From positions 3,264,001 through 3,328,000 of the forward strand of contig OZ220089.1 of NCBI GenBank assembly GCA_964291625.2: a DNA stretch of 64,000 bases, read 5' to 3'. Below, piece after piece: positions 28,151 to 37,782 of the stretch. The stretch is from Candidatus Latescibacterota bacterium (GTDB lineage Bacteria; Latescibacterota; UBA2968; UBA8231). A model generated the notes under the pieces. That model searched no databases. It worked only from the letters and a program-made list of their open reading frames with translations, and was not told the origin of the DNA. The stretch's first letter is position 1, and every line of letters starts with the position of its first letter. A program made the translations under genes and the position numbers.

Positions 28151-28834
28151 TCAGGCTTCCAGCTCTCGGAGGGCGGCGGCGCCGATGGGGACGATGCCGA
28201 ACTCGGCGCCCGCCTCCATGAGGATGTCCCAAACGTAGGCGCCCGGGGCGCGCCCGCCGAGGACGCGGTAGGCGGGCCGACCGCCGGCGTCGGCGCGGAC
28301 CACCAGGGCCTTGACGCGGGCGACGCTGGTCTCGCGGCAGCGGCGGTCCGGGAAGGCGTCGTCGTCGAAGTCCAGCCCGCAGAGCTTGCTCAGCAGCCGC
28401 GGGGCCTCCGGGCCGACGATGCGGTACTCGAAGCGGCCGTGGGTCACGTCGGTGACGGTCACCAGTCCGGTGGCTCCACCAGCGGCTTGCTCGATGGTCT
28501 TGAGGATTGCCGCTCCCTCGCCGGGGCCGGCGGCCATGAGCAGGAGGTCGGGCCGGAGGCCGCAGGCGGTCACCCGGCCCCCGCTCACCTCTCCCATTCC
28601 GGGGGCCGCCAGGCCGGTGGCCGCGGCGATCACCGCGCCGGCCTCCTCACCCTGCACGAGCAGCTTCGCCCGGGGCGTCTCGTCGCCGAGGGCCACCCCT
28701 TCCCGCGCCGCCCGCGCCTCGGCGGCGCCGTCGCCGAAGCGCTCGGGGAACTGCCACCCGTCGATCTCGGTCAGGTGCGCGCCCAGGGTCTCCCAGCGGC
28801 CGTGGAGGGGGGTCGCGTACCAGGGCCCGGCCAT
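28151..28834 (-). CDS. soxG: Sarcosine oxidase gamma / N-methylglutamate dehydrogenase MgdD-like subunit
   Basis: GcvT-like fold, VTDVTHG, LLSKLCGLDF; position in the BDAG operon. Confidence 0.78.
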   Translation of the reverse strand: MAGPWYATPLHGRWETLGAHLTEIDGWQFPERFGDGAAEARAAREGVALGDETPRAKLLVQGEEAGAVIAAATGLAAPGMGEVSGGRVTACGLRPDLLLMAAGPGEGAAILKTIEQAAGGATGLVTVTDVTHGRFEYRIVGPEAPRLLSKLCGLDFDDDAFPDRRCRETSVARVKALVVRADAGGRPAYRVLGGRAPGAYVWDILMEAGAEFGIVPIGAAALRELEA

Positions 28835-31761
28835 CAGCTGCGCAGCCTCTCGCCGGCGGGATCGTAGAACGCCCCGTGGTGCACCCGTCCCTCCTCCAGG
28901 CCTCCGCCGGAGTACACGGAGAAGGCGGCTCCCTCCTCCTCGGCGAGGTCGGCCGGCAGCCAGCACAGGCCGATGACGCCGCCGAGGGTTGGCGAGCGCC
29001 GGCAGGAGGTGATCCAGCCGATGATGTCGAAGCCGCCGCCGGAGCGGCGGGTGACGATCTGCAGGCCCTCCTCCACGACGGCGTCGTCGCGGCTCATGCG
29101 GAAGCCCGTGAGGCGCTGCTTCGGTCCGGTCTCCGCCACCCGGGTCAGGGCCCGCTTCCCGAGGAAGTCGGGCTTCTCCAGCTTGACGGCCCATCCGGAG
29201 TCGGCGGAGATGGCGTCGGAGAGGGCGTCCGTGTCCTGGCCGACGATCAGGTGGCCCTTCTCCAGTCGGAGGATGCGCTGGGCCTCGACGCCGAAGGGGC
29301 GGATGCCGTGGTCGGCCCCGGCCTCCATGAGCGCCTCCCACAGGTGCCGGCCGCCGCCGGCCGGGCCGTGGATCTCGTAGGACAGCTCGCCGGTGAAGCC
29401 GATGCGCAGGACCAGGCAGGAGAGGCCGGCGACCCGGGTGCGGCGGGCGCGCATGTAGGGGAACTTCGCCTTCGACAGGTCGCGGGAGGTGAGCTTCTGC
29501 AGCACCTCGCGGGAGGCGGGGCCGGCGAGGTTGACGGCGGCCCGGGCCTCGGTGAGGTCGGTGACGTGGACGCCGTCGCCCCAGCCCGACTGGCGCCACC
29601 ACTCGACCCACTCCAGGGCGCCGGCGGCGCCGGTGGAGGTGGTGCTCACGTACCAGTCGTCGTCGGCCAGGCGGGCGCAGACGCCGTCGTCGAGGACGAC
29701 CCCCTCGTCGTTGCACATCAAGCCGTAGCGCACCCGCCCCCGGCGCAGGTCCCGCCAGGAGTTGACGTAGAGGCGCTCCAGCAGGTCCGGCACCCCCGGC
29801 CCGGTGAGGCGCAGCTTGCCGAGGGGGCTCACGTCGATGAGGCCGACGGCGTTGCGCACCGCCGCCACCTCCTCGGCGGGGTCGCCGTAGCGCTCCGGCC
29901 GCAGCCAGGTGCCGGCGGTCATCATGCGGGCGCCGTGGGCCAGGTGCCAGTCGTGCATCGCCGAGACCTGCACCGGCTCCATCTTCTGGCCGGCGAGAGT
30001 CCCCAGGGAGAGCGGCGTCACGGGAGGCCGTGCCGTCGTCCGGCCCGTCTCCTGCACCGAGCGGCCGGTGCCGGCGGCGCACAGGCGGATCCCGTGGAGG
30101 TTGCACATGCGGCCCTGGCAGGGACCCATGCCGATGGTCGTGTATCGCTTGAGCAGCTCGAGGTGGTCGTACCCCTCGGCCAGGGAGGTGTCGATGTCGG
30201 TGTCGGTCACGTCCTCGCACAGGCAGACGAAGCGCTTGCCGCCGCCGCAGGCGGGAGCGCTGACCAGCGCCGAGGAGCGGGAGGCGGCGTCTTCGGGCGG
30301 GTCCGCGTCGGCCGCTCCGGGGTCCGCCGCCAAGGGGTGGGCGGCATCGGCCTCCGGGGCCTGCCCGGCCTCCGCTGTCCCCGAGCCCCGGGCGTGGGCC
30401 GCCGCGGCGGCGCCGGCCCGGCGGCCGTGCTCCTCCTCGGCCTCCAGCGGTCCCTGCAGGCCGGCGGCCCTCCCCGCCAGGAACACCCCCGCCGGCAGGT
30501 CGACCACCCGCATCTCGGCGCGCTCCTCGTCGTAGCGGCTGCCCGCTCCGGCCATCCAGGCGAGCTCCGCCGAGGGCTGCCGCCCGGTGCTGACGGCGAC
30601 GAGGTCGCAGCGCACCCGGCGCCTCGCGCCGGCGCCGGAGACCGGCACCAGCACCGCCGAGCGCACGCGGCGGCGGCCCCGGGCGGCGCCGATGGTGTAC
30701 CCGGTGAGCACCTCCGCCCCGGAGGCGGCCACCTCCGCGGCCCCGGGCGGCTCCGCCCCGGGCCGCTCGTCGGCCACGGCGGCGACCTCGACCCCGGCGG
30801 CCAGCAGGTCGGCGGCCACCTCCCAGCCGCCGTCGCCGGCGGTGACGACCACCGCCCTCCGGCCCGGGGCCACGCCGTGGAGGCGCAGCAGCCGCTGCAC
30901 CGCCGTGCCGAGCATGACCCCCGGCCGGTCGTTGCCGTCGAAGAGCGGCGGGATCTCGTGGCTGCCGGTGGCCACGACCACGGCGCGGGCGCGGATCTTG
31001 AACAAGCGGTGGCCGCACGCCGCCGACAGCCAGTGGTCCTGGTACCAGCCGGTCACCGAGGTCCCGGTGAGCACCTCCACGCCGGCCCGGGAGAGCCGCT
31101 GCGCGGCGTCGTCGAGATCGCCCCGGGGGGTGCCGCTGTAGCGCAGGTGCCCGCCGAGGCCGGGGTTCTCGTCGAGCAGCAGCACCCGGGCGCCGCTCTC
31201 GCGGGCGGCCAGGGCGGCGCCCTGGCCGGCGGGACCTCCCCCGGCGACGACCACGTCGGCGTGGAGGTACTGCTTGTCGTACTCCCCCTCCGGCGTCTGC
31301 TCGTCCACGGTGCCGAGGCCGGCGGCGGTGCGCAGCACCCGGTCGTAGAGGGGCCACAGCCGCCGCGGCCGGATGAAGGTCTTGTAGTAGAACCCCGCCG
31401 GCAGGAAGCGCGAGACCCGCTCCGTCAGGGCCATGAGGTCGAGCTTGAGCGACGGCCAGGCGTTCTGGGGCCGCACGTCCAGGCCTTCCTCCAGCGGCCG
31501 GGTGCAGGCCCGCACGTTCGGCTCGGTGCCGACCTGCACGAGGCAGTTGGGGCAGTGGCCGGCGCAGCACAGCAGGCCGCGGGGGCGGTGGTACTTGAAG
31601 GAGCGGCTGAAGAGGGAGACCCCGGCGGCGGCCAGGGCCGAGGCGATCGTGTCCCCGGCGCAGCCGCTGTACTCGCGGCCACCGAAGCGGAAGCGCAGGC
31701 TGCGCCCGCGGTCCAGAACCTCTCCCGGCCGCGGCTCGATGCGGTGCGAGGGCCCGCTCAT
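28834..31761 (-). CDS. soxA: Sarcosine oxidase alpha / MgdC-like subunit
   Basis: SRSFKYHRPRG, GGGPAG, CLCEDVT, KRYTTIGMGPCQG, TARPP, GcvT domain (DVSPLGK, RIGFTGELSYE, LRLEKG). Confidence 0.92.
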   Translation of the reverse strand: MSGPSHRIEPRPGEVLDRGRSLRFRFGGREYSGCAGDTIASALAAAGVSLFSRSFKYHRPRGLLCCAGHCPNCLVQVGTEPNVRACTRPLEEGLDVRPQNAWPSLKLDLMALTERVSRFLPAGFYYKTFIRPRRLWPLYDRVLRTAAGLGTVDEQTPEGEYDKQYLHADVVVAGGGPAGQGAALAARESGARVLLLDENPGLGGHLRYSGTPRGDLDDAAQRLSRAGVEVLTGTSVTGWYQDHWLSAACGHRLFKIRARAVVVATGSHEIPPLFDGNDRPGVMLGTAVQRLLRLHGVAPGRRAVVVTAGDGGWEVAADLLAAGVEVAAVADERPGAEPPGAAEVAASGAEVLTGYTIGAARGRRRVRSAVLVPVSGAGARRRVRCDLVAVSTGRQPSAELAWMAGAGSRYDEERAEMRVVDLPAGVFLAGRAAGLQGPLEAEEEHGRRAGAAAAAHARGSGTAEAGQAPEADAAHPLAADPGAADADPPEDAASRSSALVSAPACGGGKRFVCLCEDVTDTDIDTSLAEGYDHLELLKRYTTIGMGPCQGRMCNLHGIRLCAAGTGRSVQETGRTTARPPVTPLSLGTLAGQKMEPVQVSAMHDWHLAHGARMMTAGTWLRPERYGDPAEEVAAVRNAVGLIDVSPLGKLRLTGPGVPDLLERLYVNSWRDLRRGRVRYGLMCNDEGVVLDDGVCARLADDDWYVSTTSTGAAGALEWVEWWRQSGWGDGVHVTDLTEARAAVNLAGPASREVLQKLTSRDLSKAKFPYMRARRTRVAGLSCLVLRIGFTGELSYEIHGPAGGGRHLWEALMEAGADHGIRPFGVEAQRILRLEKGHLIVGQDTDALSDAISADSGWAVKLEKPDFLGKRALTRVAETGPKQRLTGFRMSRDDAVVEEGLQIVTRRSGGGFDIIGWITSCRRSPTLGGVIGLCWLPADLAEEEGAAFSVYSGGGLEEGRVHHGAFYDPAGERLRS

Positions 31762-31843
31762 GACCGGCCCTTCCGGACGCCGCTGCCGCGGCTGGAGGAG
31801 GTCGCCCAACCCACCCGGGTGCCGCCGGGGCGGCCGGAGCGGC

Positions 31844-32128
31844 TCATCCGGCGCCTTCGGCCGGCGCGCCGTCGGGGGACCACCGGAAGGTCCGGGAGAC
31901 GGCGTTCGTGCGGCGGTCGCGCTCGGCCAGGAACCACAGGCCGCAGCCGGCGCGGTGGATCCACCACTCGCGGCGGGGGCCCATGGGGTTGTCGCGCAGG
32001 TAGAGGTAGTCGTGCCACTCCTCGTCGCCCGCCGCCGTGGACGGGGAAGGCCGTGGACTGTACTCGCCGCCGTAGTGGAACTCGGAGACGTTGCGCTCGC
32101 CGCAGTGGGGGCAGGCCAGCAGCAGCAT
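31844..32128 (-). CDS. soxD: Sarcosine oxidase delta / MgdB-like subunit
   Basis: CPHCGER...EF.YGGE, YLYLRDNP.G, EWW.H..GC. Confidence 0.92.
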   Translation of the reverse strand: MLLLACPHCGERNVSEFHYGGEYSPRPSPSTAAGDEEWHDYLYLRDNPMGPRREWWIHRAGCGLWFLAERDRRTNAVSRTFRWSPDGAPAEGAG

Positions 32129-33360
32129 CAGTGGCCCACCGCGGCGGCGCCCTTCTCGCCCACGGGGTCGAACTCGGCGAAGCGGGAGAGGCGGAAGGGA
32201 TGGATGAGGTCGGGGGTGCGCCCCGTGGCGATCAGCTCGGCCAGGGTCTGGCCGCAGATGGGGGAGGCCTTGAAGCCGTAGGTGCCCCAGCCGGCGTCGA
32301 GGTAGAAGCCCTTCACCGGCGTGACCCCCATGAGGGGGCTGTAGTCGGGGGGCATCTCGCACAGCCCCGCCCACTGGCGCAGGATGCGGACCTGCGACAG
32401 GAAGGGGAAGAGCTCCAGCACGTGCCCCGAGAGGCCCTCGAGGAAGTCGAGGGAGCCGGCCGTGGAGTAGGAGGTGAAGGGATCGACGCTGGCGCCCATG
32501 ACCAGCTCGCCGCGGCCGGACTGGCTGATGTAGACGTGGAGGGAGCCGGAGACGACGACCACGTCGAGGAACGGCTTGAGGGGTTCGGTGACGCAGGCCT
32601 GGAGGGGGAAGGTGTCCAGGGGCAGGCGCAGGCCGGCCATGGCGGCCAGGTCGGAGGCCCAGCCGGCCGTGGCCGAGAGCACGGTCCCGGCCGCCACCGG
32701 CCCCCGGGTGGTCTGCACGCCGGTGACGCCGCCGGCGGCCACGTCGATGCCGGTGACCTCGGTGTACTGATGGATGTCGACGCCGCGCTCGTCGGCGCCG
32801 CGGGCGTACCCCCAGACGACGGCGTCGTGGCGGATGATCCCCCCCGGCGGATGGTAGAGGGCGGCGTGGATGGGGAAGCGGGGGCGGTCCGACAGGTCGA
32901 GCTGCGGGCAGATGCGGGCCAGCTCGTCGGGGAAGACGAGGCGGGAGTCGACGCCCTCCAGGCGGTTGACCTCGGCGCGGCGGCGCATGGTGCGCACCGA
33001 GCCGTCGTCGTGGGCCAGGGTGAGGTGGCCGCGGCGGCTGAACATGACGTTGAAATCGAGGTCTTCGGACAGGTCTTCGTAGAGATCGAGGCTGGCGTCG
33101 TAGAAGCGCACGCCCTCGGGGGTGAGGTAGTTGGAGCGCAGGATGGCGGTGTTTCGTCCCGAGCCCCCGGAGCCGATGTAGCTCTTCTCGAGGACGGCCA
33201 CGTCGGTGACGCCGTGGTCCCGGGCCAGGTAGTAGGCGCAGGCCAGTCCGTGGGCGCCGCCGCCGATGATGACGACGTCGTAGCGGTCCTTCAGGGGTCG
33301 GTCGTGCCACATGCGCCGGGGCCTGGCGCCCAGGCCGTGGCGCAGCAGCTTGAAGGGCAT
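32128..33360 (-). CDS. soxB: Sarcosine oxidase beta / MgdA-like FAD subunit
   Basis: IGGGAHGLA.AYYLA, GGSGRNTAILRSNY, RHDAVVWG, GWGTYGFKA, EKGAAAVGH. Confidence 0.93.
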   Translation of the reverse strand: MPFKLLRHGLGARPRRMWHDRPLKDRYDVVIIGGGAHGLACAYYLARDHGVTDVAVLEKSYIGSGGSGRNTAILRSNYLTPEGVRFYDASLDLYEDLSEDLDFNVMFSRRGHLTLAHDDGSVRTMRRRAEVNRLEGVDSRLVFPDELARICPQLDLSDRPRFPIHAALYHPPGGIIRHDAVVWGYARGADERGVDIHQYTEVTGIDVAAGGVTGVQTTRGPVAAGTVLSATAGWASDLAAMAGLRLPLDTFPLQACVTEPLKPFLDVVVVSGSLHVYISQSGRGELVMGASVDPFTSYSTAGSLDFLEGLSGHVLELFPFLSQVRILRQWAGLCEMPPDYSPLMGVTPVKGFYLDAGWGTYGFKASPICGQTLAELIATGRTPDLIHPFRLSRFAEFDPVGEKGAAAVGH

Positions 33361-33634
33361 ACGGTGGCGCTCCGGCGCGGAAGTCCACGGGAGAAGGGCG
33401 ATAAGATGGTGGGCCCACGGGGTGCCCGCCACCGGGGGCCGGTGGCCGGCCGCCGGACATCCTGCGCCGCGTCGGGACGCGTGGTCCGGGTTGCCGGCCC
33501 CACTTCCCTTGCGCAACATCAGCGACTTGGGCCTGCGCGCGCCGAAGTGCGATCGGCGAGAGAAATCACGGGAGACCGCGAAGCGCAGGCCCCAGGAGGC
33601 ACGTCGACGCCGCGCGCCTCCGGGAGACGCCGAG

Positions 33635-35650
33635 ATGCCCTCACCCCGCTTCGACCGCAGCCTGCTGCCGCCGGCGGACCTCGAGTTCGTCGTCGTCTCC
33701 GACACCCACTACATGATCGACGTGGGCGACGCGCCCCTGGAGTTCGAGTCGCGCCGCCGCCAGGGCGAGCGGGCCGGGGCCGCCTGGCGCGCCATCGCCG
33801 GCCTCGACCCGGCCTTCGTCGTGCACCTGGGCGACATGGTGCAGGAGTTCCCGGGCCGTCCCGACTACGACCGCGCCGCGCGCGAGGCCCTCGGCCAGAT
33901 CCACGGCGCCGGCCTGTGGGAGCGCTGCCGTTTCGCGGCCGGCAACCACGACATCGGCGACCGGCCCGACCCGACCATGCCCACGGGCGAGGCCACGGAG
34001 GAGAGTCTCGACACCTGGGAGCGCCGGCACGGCCCGTCCTGGCACGCATGGGACGCGGCCGGGATCCGCTTCCTGGTGCTCAACTCGCAGCTGTTCAACA
34101 CGGGCCTGGCCGCGCACGCCCGCCAGCGGGCCTGGCTCGAGGCGCAGCTGGCGGAGGCCGATGGCAGGCCGTGCGTCCTGTTCCTGCACATGCCGCCGTA
34201 CCTCGCGGACCCCGCCGAGCCCTGGCTCGGCCACTACGACAACCTCGGCGAGCCGGACCGCGGCTGGCTCCTCGACCTGGTGCGCCGGCACCGGGTGCTG
34301 GCCATGTTCGCCGGCCACGTGCACTTCCAGTTCTTCGACCACGTGGCCGGGGAGAGCGGCGTCTGCCGCTACTACGTCACCCCCTCCCCGTCCTTCACCC
34401 GACCCGGGTTCTCGCACCTCTTCACCTCGGCCCCGCCCCCGGAGCAGGGCCGGGACGACGAGGAGAAGCTGGGGTTCTTCTTGTGCCGGATGGTCGGCGG
34501 CCGCCTCGACGTTCACCGCCTGCGCATGGCGGCCCTGCTGGCCGCGGGCGACGGTGCCTGCCTGATCACTCCGCTGCCGGCGGCGTGCGAGGGGCCGTCC
34601 CGAAGCAGACCGGGTTTCGACCCGGGCGTCACCCTGCGCCATGCGCTGGCCCCCCGGGCCGAGGTGCCCCTGGCCTGGCCGTCGGTGATTCGCCAGCCGG
34701 TGCGCAACGACTACCCCCTGCTCGCCTGCCTGGAGATGGGCGTCTCGTGGGTGCGCGCGCCCCTGGCCGACCTGGCGGACCCGCTCCAGGCCCGGCGCCT
34801 GGAGGTGCTGCGCGCCGAGGGGGTCCGCGTGCAGGCCGTCGCCCTCGGCGAGGAGGAGGCCCTCGGCCGCGCCGGCGATCTTGCCGGGGCGGACGCCCTG
34901 GAGGTGCAGTTGCCCGGGCGCCTGCTGCCGGACATCCGGTCCCTGGCGGCGCTGGGAGAGGCCGCCCTTCCCCTGGTGCTGTCCCCCGTGCTGCCGGGCC
35001 AGCCGGTGCCGGGCAAGCAGCACCACCGCACGAGGATCGGGTACTTGCCCGAAGAGCTGGACGGCCTCGCCGAGGCCCTCGAGGAGGCGCACCTGACGGC
35101 CGCCGCCGCCTGCCGGCTGGACCCGTCTGACCCTTGGGAGACGGCGCGGCTCCTGGAGCAGGCCCGTGGCCGCAGACCGTTGCAGCTGCAGCTGCTGGCC
35201 GAGATGCCCGGCGTCGACGACGGGACCAACGCTCACTCGGTGGCGCGCGCCATGCTGGCCGCGGCGAGTCTCGACGTGCCCCTCTTCCTGGAGCCGCTGG
35301 TCGACCTGGACCGCACCATGGACGTGGCCCGGGGCCTGCTGGACACGCGCTGCAACCCGCGGCCCCCCTTCGAGGTCGCCCGTTGCCTTGGCGCCCTGCT
35401 GCGCCGGGGAGCCGGCCGAGCGGTCTCCGTCTCCCGGCGCGGGTCCTGCGAGATCGCCTCCCTCGGAGACCATGCCTGCCTGGTGATCGTCGAGGCCGGG
35501 TCCGTCCGTCCGGGTGAGGTGCTGGAGCAGCCGCCCCCCGGGCCCTTGTGGTCGTGCCGGCTCGCCGTGGGCGCGGTCTCCGCCTACCAGCCGCGGACCG
35601 AGCTGAGGCCGGAGGACGGCCCCCTGCTGGTGGTCCGCCGCGCCGACTGA
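33635..35650 (+). CDS. Calcineurin-like metallophosphoesterase with an uncharacterised C-terminal half
   Basis: SDTH, HLGD, AGNHD, FLHMP, AGHVH. Confidence 0.82.
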   Translation: MPSPRFDRSLLPPADLEFVVVSDTHYMIDVGDAPLEFESRRRQGERAGAAWRAIAGLDPAFVVHLGDMVQEFPGRPDYDRAAREALGQIHGAGLWERCRFAAGNHDIGDRPDPTMPTGEATEESLDTWERRHGPSWHAWDAAGIRFLVLNSQLFNTGLAAHARQRAWLEAQLAEADGRPCVLFLHMPPYLADPAEPWLGHYDNLGEPDRGWLLDLVRRHRVLAMFAGHVHFQFFDHVAGESGVCRYYVTPSPSFTRPGFSHLFTSAPPPEQGRDDEEKLGFFLCRMVGGRLDVHRLRMAALLAAGDGACLITPLPAACEGPSRSRPGFDPGVTLRHALAPRAEVPLAWPSVIRQPVRNDYPLLACLEMGVSWVRAPLADLADPLQARRLEVLRAEGVRVQAVALGEEEALGRAGDLAGADALEVQLPGRLLPDIRSLAALGEAALPLVLSPVLPGQPVPGKQHHRTRIGYLPEELDGLAEALEEAHLTAAAACRLDPSDPWETARLLEQARGRRPLQLQLLAEMPGVDDGTNAHSVARAMLAAASLDVPLFLEPLVDLDRTMDVARGLLDTRCNPRPPFEVARCLGALLRRGAGRAVSVSRRGSCEIASLGDHACLVIVEAGSVRPGEVLEQPPPGPLWSCRLAVGAVSAYQPRTELRPEDGPLLVVRRAD

Positions 35651-35661
35651 CCCCGCGGGAG

Positions 35662-36153
35662 CTACTCGCGGCGCCGGATGAGCCGGGCGGGAACGCCGCC
35701 GACGACCGAGTACGGCTCGACGTCGCGGGTGACCACGGCTCCGGCTCCGACGATGCTGTGAGCCCCGATGCGAACGCCGCCGATGATCACCGCGTTAGCG
35801 CCGATCCAGACATCGTCCTCGACCACGATCTCCCGGCGGGTCACCGGCTGGTCGACCATGGGCTGGTCGACGCGGTCGTGGCCGTGGCCGATGCTGGCGA
35901 AGACCACGTGGGCGGCCACGGCGACCCGGGAGCCGATGGTGAGGGGCCCGTAGAGGACGCAGTACGGAGCGAAGTGGGTGTGACTGCCGACCTCGATCCA
36001 GGTGGCGCCGGGGTTGACGAAGGCCCCGTGGATGAAGCTCACGTGGTCGCCGAGGCGGATGTTCCCCGGCCGCAGGATCGTCGTGAGGGGACCGAAGTCG
36101 ACGGATTCGCCGATCGCCTGGAAGCCGCTGCGGTCGATGGGATCGCTGTTCAC
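35662..36153 (-). CDS. Hexapeptide-repeat (LbH) acyltransferase
   Basis: VEDDVWIGANAVI..GVRIG.HSIVGAGAVVTRDV..YSVVGGVPAR. Confidence 0.9.
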   Translation of the reverse strand: MNSDPIDRSGFQAIGESVDFGPLTTILRPGNIRLGDHVSFIHGAFVNPGATWIEVGSHTHFAPYCVLYGPLTIGSRVAVAAHVVFASIGHGHDRVDQPMVDQPVTRREIVVEDDVWIGANAVIIGGVRIGAHSIVGAGAVVTRDVEPYSVVGGVPARLIRRRE

Positions 36154-36209
36154 GGATCGCCTCCCGATGGACGGCCGCGGCGCCGTCCGTTGAATGCGGA
36201 GAAATCAGA

Positions 36210-36238
36210 TTGCATTACATGACCGGGGCAAGTATACT
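36210..36238 (+). promoter_or_regulatory. Sigma70-type promoter of the regulator-mgs operon (likely leaderless mRNA)
   Basis: TTGCAT-17 nt-TATACT ending 7 nt before ATG 36246, which has no clear SD. Confidence 0.6.
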
Positions 36239-36245
36239 CCCGGGG

Positions 36246-36875
36246 ATGGCCGAGTCGAACCACAGGAACGCCGTCGCCGACCCGGCGACCACGGGGGCCC
36301 CGGAGAGCCGCCTGGAGCGTTCCATCGGCCGCCAGATCCGCACCTTCCGGCAGCAGCTGGACATGACCGCCGCCGACCTGTCGCGCGAGGCGGGCCTGTC
36401 GGCGGGGATGCTCTCCAAGATCGAGAACGGCCTGACCTCGCCCTCCCTGGCGACCCTGAGCGCCCTGGCGGGGGCCCTCAACGTCCCGGTGACCGCCCTC
36501 TTCCGCAAGTACGAGGAGGCCCGCGACGTCTCCTTCGTGCCCGCCGGCGCCGGTCTCGACATCGAGCGCCGGGGCACCCGCGCCGGCCACCAGTACCAGC
36601 TCCTCGGGCACACGGTGAGCCGGCGCATGTTCGTCGAGCCCTACCTCATCCACCTGACCGGCGAGTCGGACGTCTTCCCGGTCTTCCAGCACGGCGGCGT
36701 CGAGTTCATCTACATCCTCGAGGGGCGGATCACCTACCGCCACGGGGACCGCACCTGGGCCATGGGTCCGGGCGACTCCCTGTTCTTCGACGCCGAGGCC
36801 CCCCACGGGCCCGAGGAGCTCACCGAGCTGCCCATCCGCTTCCTGTCCATCCTGATCGAGCCGAGGGAGAGCTGA
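36246..36875 (+). CDS. XRE-family HTH plus cupin transcriptional regulator
   Basis: LSAGMLSKIENG.TSPSL HTH; FQH.GVEFIYILEG cupin; GDSLFFDA..PHGP. Confidence 0.92.
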   Translation: MAESNHRNAVADPATTGAPESRLERSIGRQIRTFRQQLDMTAADLSREAGLSAGMLSKIENGLTSPSLATLSALAGALNVPVTALFRKYEEARDVSFVPAGAGLDIERRGTRAGHQYQLLGHTVSRRMFVEPYLIHLTGESDVFPVFQHGGVEFIYILEGRITYRHGDRTWAMGPGDSLFFDAEAPHGPEELTELPIRFLSILIEPRES

Positions 36876-36876
36876 C

Positions 36877-37782
36877 ATGTGCGGCATCGCCGGAATCCTG
36901 TTCAAGCGCCCGCCGGAGCACCTGAGCGCCGGCCGGGCCCTGGTGGAGATGCTCGACGGCTGCCAGCACCGCGGCCCCGACTCCACCGGCTTCGCCCTCT
37001 ACGGCCGGGACGAGCCCGGCCGCCTGCGGCTGCGCTTCATCGTCGGCGAGGACGGCTGCGCCGAGGCGGCCTGCGCCCGCATCGCGGAGGTGCTGCACCG
37101 GGAGGGCGCCGCCGTGGTGAGCGAGGAGCGGGTCGGCGGCGACTACCGGGTCACCGTGGAGTTCGACGGCGACCTGCAGAGCTTCGCCTACGCCGTGGAG
37201 CACGCCGCCAAGGTCGTCTCCATCGGCTCGAGCCTGGAGATCGTCAAGGACGTGGGCGGCGCCCGCGACGTGGACGGCCGCTACGGCGTGCACGGCTTCG
37301 AGGGCAGCCACGGCCTCGGCCACGTGCGCCTGGCCACCGAGAGCGACGTCAAGCCCGAGGCCTCCCACCCCTTCTGGGCCACGGGCTTCGCCGACGTGGC
37401 GATCGTCCACAACGGCCAGATCACCAACTACTGGAAGATGCGCCGCCGCCTGGAGCAGCGCGGCTTCGAGTTCGCCACCGACAACGACTCGGAGCTGATC
37501 GCCGTCTACCTGGCGGACAAGCTCTCCCAGGGGGTGCCGCTCCAGGACGCCCTGCGCACCTCCATCGACGACCTGGACGGGACCTTCTCCTTCCTCGTGT
37601 CGACGAAGGACGAGATCGGCTACGCCAAGGACCGCATCGCCGCCAAGCCGATGATCATGTACGAGAACGAGGAGCTGGTGGCGGTCGCCTCGGAGGAGGT
37701 CTCCCTCAACCGCCTCTTCCCCGGCCAGGCCCTCGACACCCGCGAGCCCCCGCCGGGGACCTACGCCACGTGGTCCAGGTAG
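36877..37782 (+). CDS. mgsA: Class II glutamine amidotransferase, N-methylglutamate synthase subunit A (GlxB-like)
   Basis: N-terminal MCGIAG, HRGPDSTG, GHVRLATES, SHPF, VHNGQITNY, DNDSE. Confidence 0.88.
   Translation: MCGIAGILFKRPPEHLSAGRALVEMLDGCQHRGPDSTGFALYGRDEPGRLRLRFIVGEDGCAEAACARIAEVLHREGAAVVSEERVGGDYRVTVEFDGDLQSFAYAVEHAAKVVSIGSSLEIVKDVGGARDVDGRYGVHGFEGSHGLGHVRLATESDVKPEASHPFWATGFADVAIVHNGQITNYWKMRRRLEQRGFEFATDNDSELIAVYLADKLSQGVPLQDALRTSIDDLDGTFSFLVSTKDEIGYAKDRIAAKPMIMYENEELVAVASEEVSLNRLFPGQALDTREPPPGTYATWSR

Noticed and set aside
33361-33634. Riboswitch upstream of mgdA/soxB
   Set aside because: No recognisable glycine, THF or glutamine aptamer consensus by eye. An Rfam scan would be needed.
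28876-35130. 2084-aa plus-strand ORF and many other long overlapping ORFs
   Set aside because: Shadow frames of high-GC genes. They are low-complexity, lack motifs and overlap well-supported genes.
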